From the NCBI GenBank assembly GCA_965221955.1, contig CBDCTA010000029.1:160001-224000 (forward strand): a stretch of 64,000 nucleotides of DNA, in the 5' to 3' direction. Both the position numbers and the translations under genes were made by a program. Position 1 is the stretch's first letter. Each line of letters begins with the position of its first letter. Positions 60,003 through 64,000 of the stretch are shown piece after piece. The notes under the pieces are model-generated. The model was not told the origin of the DNA and did not search any database. It worked only from the letters and a program-made list of their open reading frames with translations. This DNA comes from Gammaproteobacteria bacterium. Lineage in GTDB: Bacteria > Pseudomonadota > Gammaproteobacteria > UBA4575.

Positions 60003-60149
60003 CTATGCCATGAAAATCTTTTGCATTTTCACTGCTTCAATGCCTATTTCTGCACGATGCAGTGCACAGTGTGTATTTGTAAACGACATAGTCGTGCACC
60101 ATGTATACATGTCGGTATTTAGGGCAAGTTGTTGCATAAAATTTTTCAT
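60003..60149 (-). CDS. Putative 48-aa leader peptide, not in the ORF track: MKNFMQQLALNTDMYTWCTTMSFTNTHCALHRAEIGIEAVKMQKIFMA
   Basis: Hand translation; starts 9 nt after a -10 box; the stop abuts alternative hairpins. Confidence 0.55.
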   Translation of the reverse strand: MKNFMQQLALNTDMYTWCTTMSFTNTHCALHRAEIGIEAVKMQKIFMA

Positions 60150-60158
60150 CGGCGGCGA

Positions 60159-60186
60159 ACTATACTCTTTTAAACTCGTATTGCAA
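60159..60186 (-). promoter_or_regulatory. Sigma70-like promoter for the leader
   Basis: TTGCAA-N16-TATAGT on the minus strand. Confidence 0.6.
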
Positions 60187-60243
60187 TATTAAGGTTTAAA
60201 ATTTTAGGTTCAAAAATATACCGTTCATCTGTTAAGTTACAAT

Positions 60244-60561
60244 TTAGCGATACTTTTTCTCACAAGCTCTACGAATGCGGATCACTGCATCCACACTTTC
60301 TACGCCCACCATGTGATCTAACAAACATTCATTATACCTACGTTCATCACTCATAATGGTGGTGGAAGGGCCTCTGCCATAGTTTTCCTCGCATGCTTCA
60401 GCAATGAATCGACTGGCGACATCCAGCTTGGCATGGTCCAGGTGTTCCAAAATGCAATCTTCATACTCATAACGATTTTTAGAAGCTGCAGAGGTCACAT
60501 TCAGACTGAAAGCAGTTATAAGTACTATGGTTAATAACTCATGCTTGGGCGGTCTCATCAA
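60244..60561 (-). CDS. Secreted four-cysteine repeat protein (VF_A0006-like)
   Basis: Signal peptide; two Y..C.L.H.......A...I..ACE..Y repeats. Confidence 0.8.
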   Translation of the reverse strand: MMRPPKHELLTIVLITAFSLNVTSAASKNRYEYEDCILEHLDHAKLDVASRFIAEACEENYGRGPSTTIMSDERRYNECLLDHMVGVESVDAVIRIRRACEKKYR

Positions 60562-60623
60562 TATTTGAGTACCAGATAATCACTTAGTTCCTTCGTCAGG
60601 GTGAGAATTTTAGAAAATATGAG

Positions 60624-61178
60624 TTATAAATCGCGAATTTTCAGGCGAATGTATTCCTGCAAAATATGATAACTATCACGTGCTTCATCAGCAGTGATGT
60701 GATTAGCAACAAGCGTCCAAGAAACACTCTCTGCGTCAGGTAGATTTTTATTCAGTGAGGCTAGAATACTTTTACTGCTATCAATGCGTATGGCATCACG
60801 GTGTAAATCGTTTTGATAACGGTGTTTGACGATGCTTTTAGGAAAACGGCTTTCGCTAATATAAAAAATCAATGCATAAGCATTAGCATCAGTACTATTA
60901 AACTCAAATTCATAAGTTTTATGATATGGAGTTCGGCTCGTGTACTGTTTTACTTTATCAAGTTTAGATTTTGAAATTTTATTTTCTATTTGTGTAAAAG
61001 CAGCTTGTTGCTGGTAATGAGCCCAATAACTGCAATTTGTGCATATCAACGAGATAAGTATTAGGAAAAAGTATTTTTGAAATAACGTATTCGTCATATC
61101 ATCAATGCCTAAATGAGAGAGGAGATTGCTAGATGATAAAACCTTCCTGGTTAAGGTTAAAATAGCCTCTACACTCAA
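60624..61178 (-). CDS. Hypothetical protein, possible lipoprotein (start probably near 61097)
   Basis: Hydrophobic stretch ending CTNC. Confidence 0.6.
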   Translation of the reverse strand: MSVEAILTLTRKVLSSSNLLSHLGIDDMTNTLFQKYFFLILISLICTNCSYWAHYQQQAAFTQIENKISKSKLDKVKQYTSRTPYHKTYEFEFNSTDANAYALIFYISESRFPKSIVKHRYQNDLHRDAIRIDSSKSILASLNKNLPDAESVSWTLVANHITADEARDSYHILQEYIRLKIRDL

Positions 61179-61293
61179 TTAATCAATCTATCTTAGTGTA
61201 GGCCAAGCTTTCAAACAGCCTATAGAACGGTGAGTAGGAGGAAGATATTTACCGATATACGGCTAAGAAATATTTGAGTGTATGTGTAAATAA

Positions 61294-62160
61294 TTATTCA
61301 TCAGTTTCAGTGCTGTGAGCGTATTCTCGTAAAAAATCTGGTAGTGGTTTTTTATTACCAGAATTTTCTTGCTCGTATTCGAGCAATGAATTTATACGAC
61401 CTTCAGTTGATGGGTGGGTACTCAAAAAACTAGGTATTTCCGTATTTTCTTCTTCGGCTATTTTTATATATTGAAAAAACTCAGCAGCACCAGAAGCATG
61501 TCCGTAATATTTTATTAATAAATCTACCGCAAACGCATCCGCATCCGATTCTTGTTGACGACTAAATGCCAGGTTCGTGAGCGAGGCAGTACTGCCAATA
61601 AAATTTTGTAAAAAACTTGAGCCATCCGCGCCTAATAATGCAAGCAAAAATACTGACACGACTAAACCTCTACCCGTACTGCGTAAAGGATGACGTTCAT
61701 AGTGATGAGCCATTTCATGTGCTAGGATCATGCTTAGACCGTTTTCTGATTCTACGGAACTAAATAAGCCACGCGTTACAACGATATGTCCTCCGGGTGC
61801 AGCAAAGGCGTTAGCCAGTAACTCATTTGCAATTTCAACCTTAAAACGATGTCCAGCAAAATCTTCGCCTGCCTTAGCATGTAATTCGTTCACTAATGCT
61901 TGTAGGTATTCTTTACTTTGTGTGGCTGCTTCGCTTTCATCGATTGCAAATGGCATGATGTAAAGACTGTCTTTGCTAAATAGCTCTTGCTCATATTCAA
62001 CCGGGATATACTTAACTAAATTGTCAGCAGCTAAGCCTAAAACGATAACAATGGCAATGATTACGCCTAGCGTTCCAGCAGTGAGAATGAAAAAAGATTT
62101 TAGTGGATGTTCATCAGTGACGTTGATGCCTTCTGGAGGCTGAACGGGAGTATATTTCAC
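61294..62160 (-). CDS. M48 family metallopeptidase
   Basis: NAFAAPGG, LAHEMAH, FSR.QE..AD, FLSTHP....R. Confidence 0.92.
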   Translation of the reverse strand: MKYTPVQPPEGINVTDEHPLKSFFILTAGTLGVIIAIVIVLGLAADNLVKYIPVEYEQELFSKDSLYIMPFAIDESEAATQSKEYLQALVNELHAKAGEDFAGHRFKVEIANELLANAFAAPGGHIVVTRGLFSSVESENGLSMILAHEMAHHYERHPLRSTGRGLVVSVFLLALLGADGSSFLQNFIGSTASLTNLAFSRQQESDADAFAVDLLIKYYGHASGAAEFFQYIKIAEEENTEIPSFLSTHPSTEGRINSLLEYEQENSGNKKPLPDFLREYAHSTETDE

Positions 62161-62173
62161 TTATGCTTCAAGT

Positions 62174-62638
62174 TTATTGAATCTTATTCCCAATAGAAAT
62201 TGCGGTTCCATATGCAAGCACTTCAACGGCGCCAACGCTATTACGTTTTTTGCTATTTTTGCTTATCGAAGCAGTTTCAACACGGGTATTAATGACTACA
62301 AAAGCATTTTTCGAATTAGCTTGTTCTTTCATGCGTAATAACGCTTCTCTGCGTGCACGATCTAACAAAGATTCATACTGAGTTACTTTTCCACCAAATA
62401 ACATCTTTAATGAGGCAACAAATTTTTTAAAGAAATCTATCGAAATTACAGCATTACCTGCTACTAATTCAGATTGTAGTTCATGCTTGTTAATAGCGGG
62501 AGGTGTTCTCATAGTTATAACAGGTAGTTTTAATGAAGCCTTTTCTCGTTCAATAATTGATTTGAAATGTTTTTTCTCAGCACGTTGCCCAAAAAAATAG
62601 CCGAGCATCAGTAAAATTATAAGAACAATAATTTCCAT
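62174..62638 (-). CDS. YbjQ/UPF0145 family protein with N-terminal TM
   Basis: FGG....YESLLDRARREA..RM, VEVLAYGTA. Confidence 0.88.
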   Translation of the reverse strand: MEIIVLIILLMLGYFFGQRAEKKHFKSIIEREKASLKLPVITMRTPPAINKHELQSELVAGNAVISIDFFKKFVASLKMLFGGKVTQYESLLDRARREALLRMKEQANSKNAFVVINTRVETASISKNSKKRNSVGAVEVLAYGTAISIGNKIQ

Positions 62639-62663
62639 TGTTTACTCCTCTATTGCTCGATAT

Positions 62664-63008
62664 TTATAATCCAATTTTTACTGCTGTACCATAAGCATAA
62701 AGTTCTGCTGCACCTTGTGCGACGGAAGAAGTGCTATAGCGAACATTAACAATTGCATTGGCACCCATAGATTGCGCCTGCTGTATCATTCGTTCAGTCG
62801 CTTCTTTTCTAGATTCAGCTAATAACTCGGTATAAGCACCGAGCTCTCCACCAAAGATATTTTTTAAACCGGCTAGAAAATCTTTACCAACATGTTTGGC
62901 GCGAATTGTATTGCCTTGAACTAAACCAAAATGTTGAACAATTTTTTTTCCAGGAACTTGTTCGAGATTCGTTAATAGCATGGATTTCCCCTTCGTAATG
63001 AATATCAA
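62664..63008 (-). CDS. YbjQ/UPF0145 family protein (start probably MLLTN)
   Basis: GLVQGNTIRAKH.GKDF.AGLKN.FGGEL..YTELL, AYGTAV. Confidence 0.92.
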   Translation of the reverse strand: MIFITKGKSMLLTNLEQVPGKKIVQHFGLVQGNTIRAKHVGKDFLAGLKNIFGGELGAYTELLAESRKEATERMIQQAQSMGANAIVNVRYSTSSVAQGAAELYAYGTAVKIGL

Positions 63009-63165
63009 AGTAGTGATGAATGTACTAATTTATTCAATAATAACAACTACTTCTGCTATGTGGTCTACCTTCGATCTATATATGAGAACCGGCAATCCTG
63101 TCATCAGTGGTTAGAATCGAGATTAATTTGCTAGCATAACTCCTTATATATTAGGAGAATCGCGA

Positions 63166-63408
63166 ATGAAGCAATGGTTTTTGATACTGTTTTTAGGGTT
63201 GTTGGTTGGCTACTTACAAGCTGCAGATCTTAGTGTAGAACAAGTTGAGCAGCAGATTCAGTTAAGCCATATGCTTGGCGAGATTAATCAAAAAGAACAA
63301 AACTTTCGAATTCAGAAAGTAAGAACTTTAGGTGTGGATGGTTATTACGAGTGGTTGAAAAACGATATACGCTCACAAGATAAAACAGTTGCTAACGATT
63401 CAAAATAG
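63166..63408 (+). CDS. Small exported hypothetical protein
   Basis: aggag RBS; signal peptide ending LQA. Confidence 0.7.
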   Translation: MKQWFLILFLGLLVGYLQAADLSVEQVEQQIQLSHMLGEINQKEQNFRIQKVRTLGVDGYYEWLKNDIRSQDKTVANDSK

Positions 63409-64000
63409 CTCAAGCTATAATTTCATTTCACAATACTCATCTGCAAAAATCTTTTAACTGCTGGCTAGACTAACGTGCCAGCACCTCATTCTATATCTTA
63501 CGCCTGATGCGTATTTCAGCGGTCTATTTGTAGAAAGTTTTTAGTTAATTATAGAAAAACGATCATAGATGTAAGAGACAAGCATACTAGGATACTTAGA
63601 GTACGGATGATGAAAGGTATGCAATAGTGGATGCGATCTGCATGTGGGTTAAGGCTGATCATATGTGAGATCCTTATTATAAGTGAATAGTACTCAAATA
63701 TGCTCATGATATATGCCAGAACGATAAACTAGATACGAGTATTGGCTTAAGTGTGCAAGAAAATTGACTAACGTAACATTTATTAAAACATTCCTATCAT
63801 AATGATTAAAAATATTATGCTAATCCTGATTTGGGTAATGAATGTTTTAATGCTGCGGCATTTTTTTGACATTTCAGACAAGCTTGCCTTATTTATTTTT
63901 TTAGCAGGTTTTATGTTGTGGGCAAAATACAGAAAGCAAAAATTTATTAATACAACTCCATATTTGATGTTTGTCGTGATGTTGGTTTGGTTATTCACTA

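Noticed and set aside
59932-60192. 86-aa plus-strand ORF
   Set aside because: It starts inside the terminator stem, has no RBS and is antisense to the better-supported leader
63420-64000. Possible ncRNA, sigma54 promoter or 71-aa ORF at the right edge
   Set aside because: The TGGC...GC spacing does not fit -24/-12, I recognised no RNA fold, and the ORF is low-complexity and at the window edge
1-64000. CRISPR arrays, tRNA/rRNA genes, transposases, prophage or defence systems
   Set aside because: No spaced direct repeats, cloverleaf or rRNA signatures, or matching protein motifs were seen by eye; a tRNAscan or Infernal run would be needed to exclude small RNAs

Overview
AT-rich chromosomal window from a probable sulfur-oxidising gammaproteobacterium (inferred from gene content). 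It opens with the 3' end of aprA. It also carries a GalT-family gene resembling APS:phosphate adenylyltransferase, a probable PPi-dependent PFK, adk, a sulfurtransferase, an RND efflux system, housekeeping genes (ilvB, aqpZ, dps, pepN, fabA, dinB) and a fimT-pilVWXY1 minor-pilin cluster. I saw no rRNA, tRNA, CRISPR array or transposase. Two candidate systems stand out. (1) At 59.0-60.2 kb (minus strand), an unannotated leader ORF and attenuator-like structure precede two paralogous small proteins and an ArfA-like basic protein with an internal mRNA hairpin. I read this as a putative translation-stress or ribosome-rescue operon. (2) A GC-anomalous XylM/AlkB-type di-iron enzyme with a His->Gln ligand change lies divergent from a CarH-like regulator lacking its B12 His ligand. 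About 9 kb away sit an uncharacterised Mo-enzyme and a reductase with an unusual domain order. Smaller items are an unannotated 53-aa ORF, a 145-bp palindromic MITE-like element and a frameshifted AAA ATPase. All assignments come from reading motifs by eye; no searches were run.
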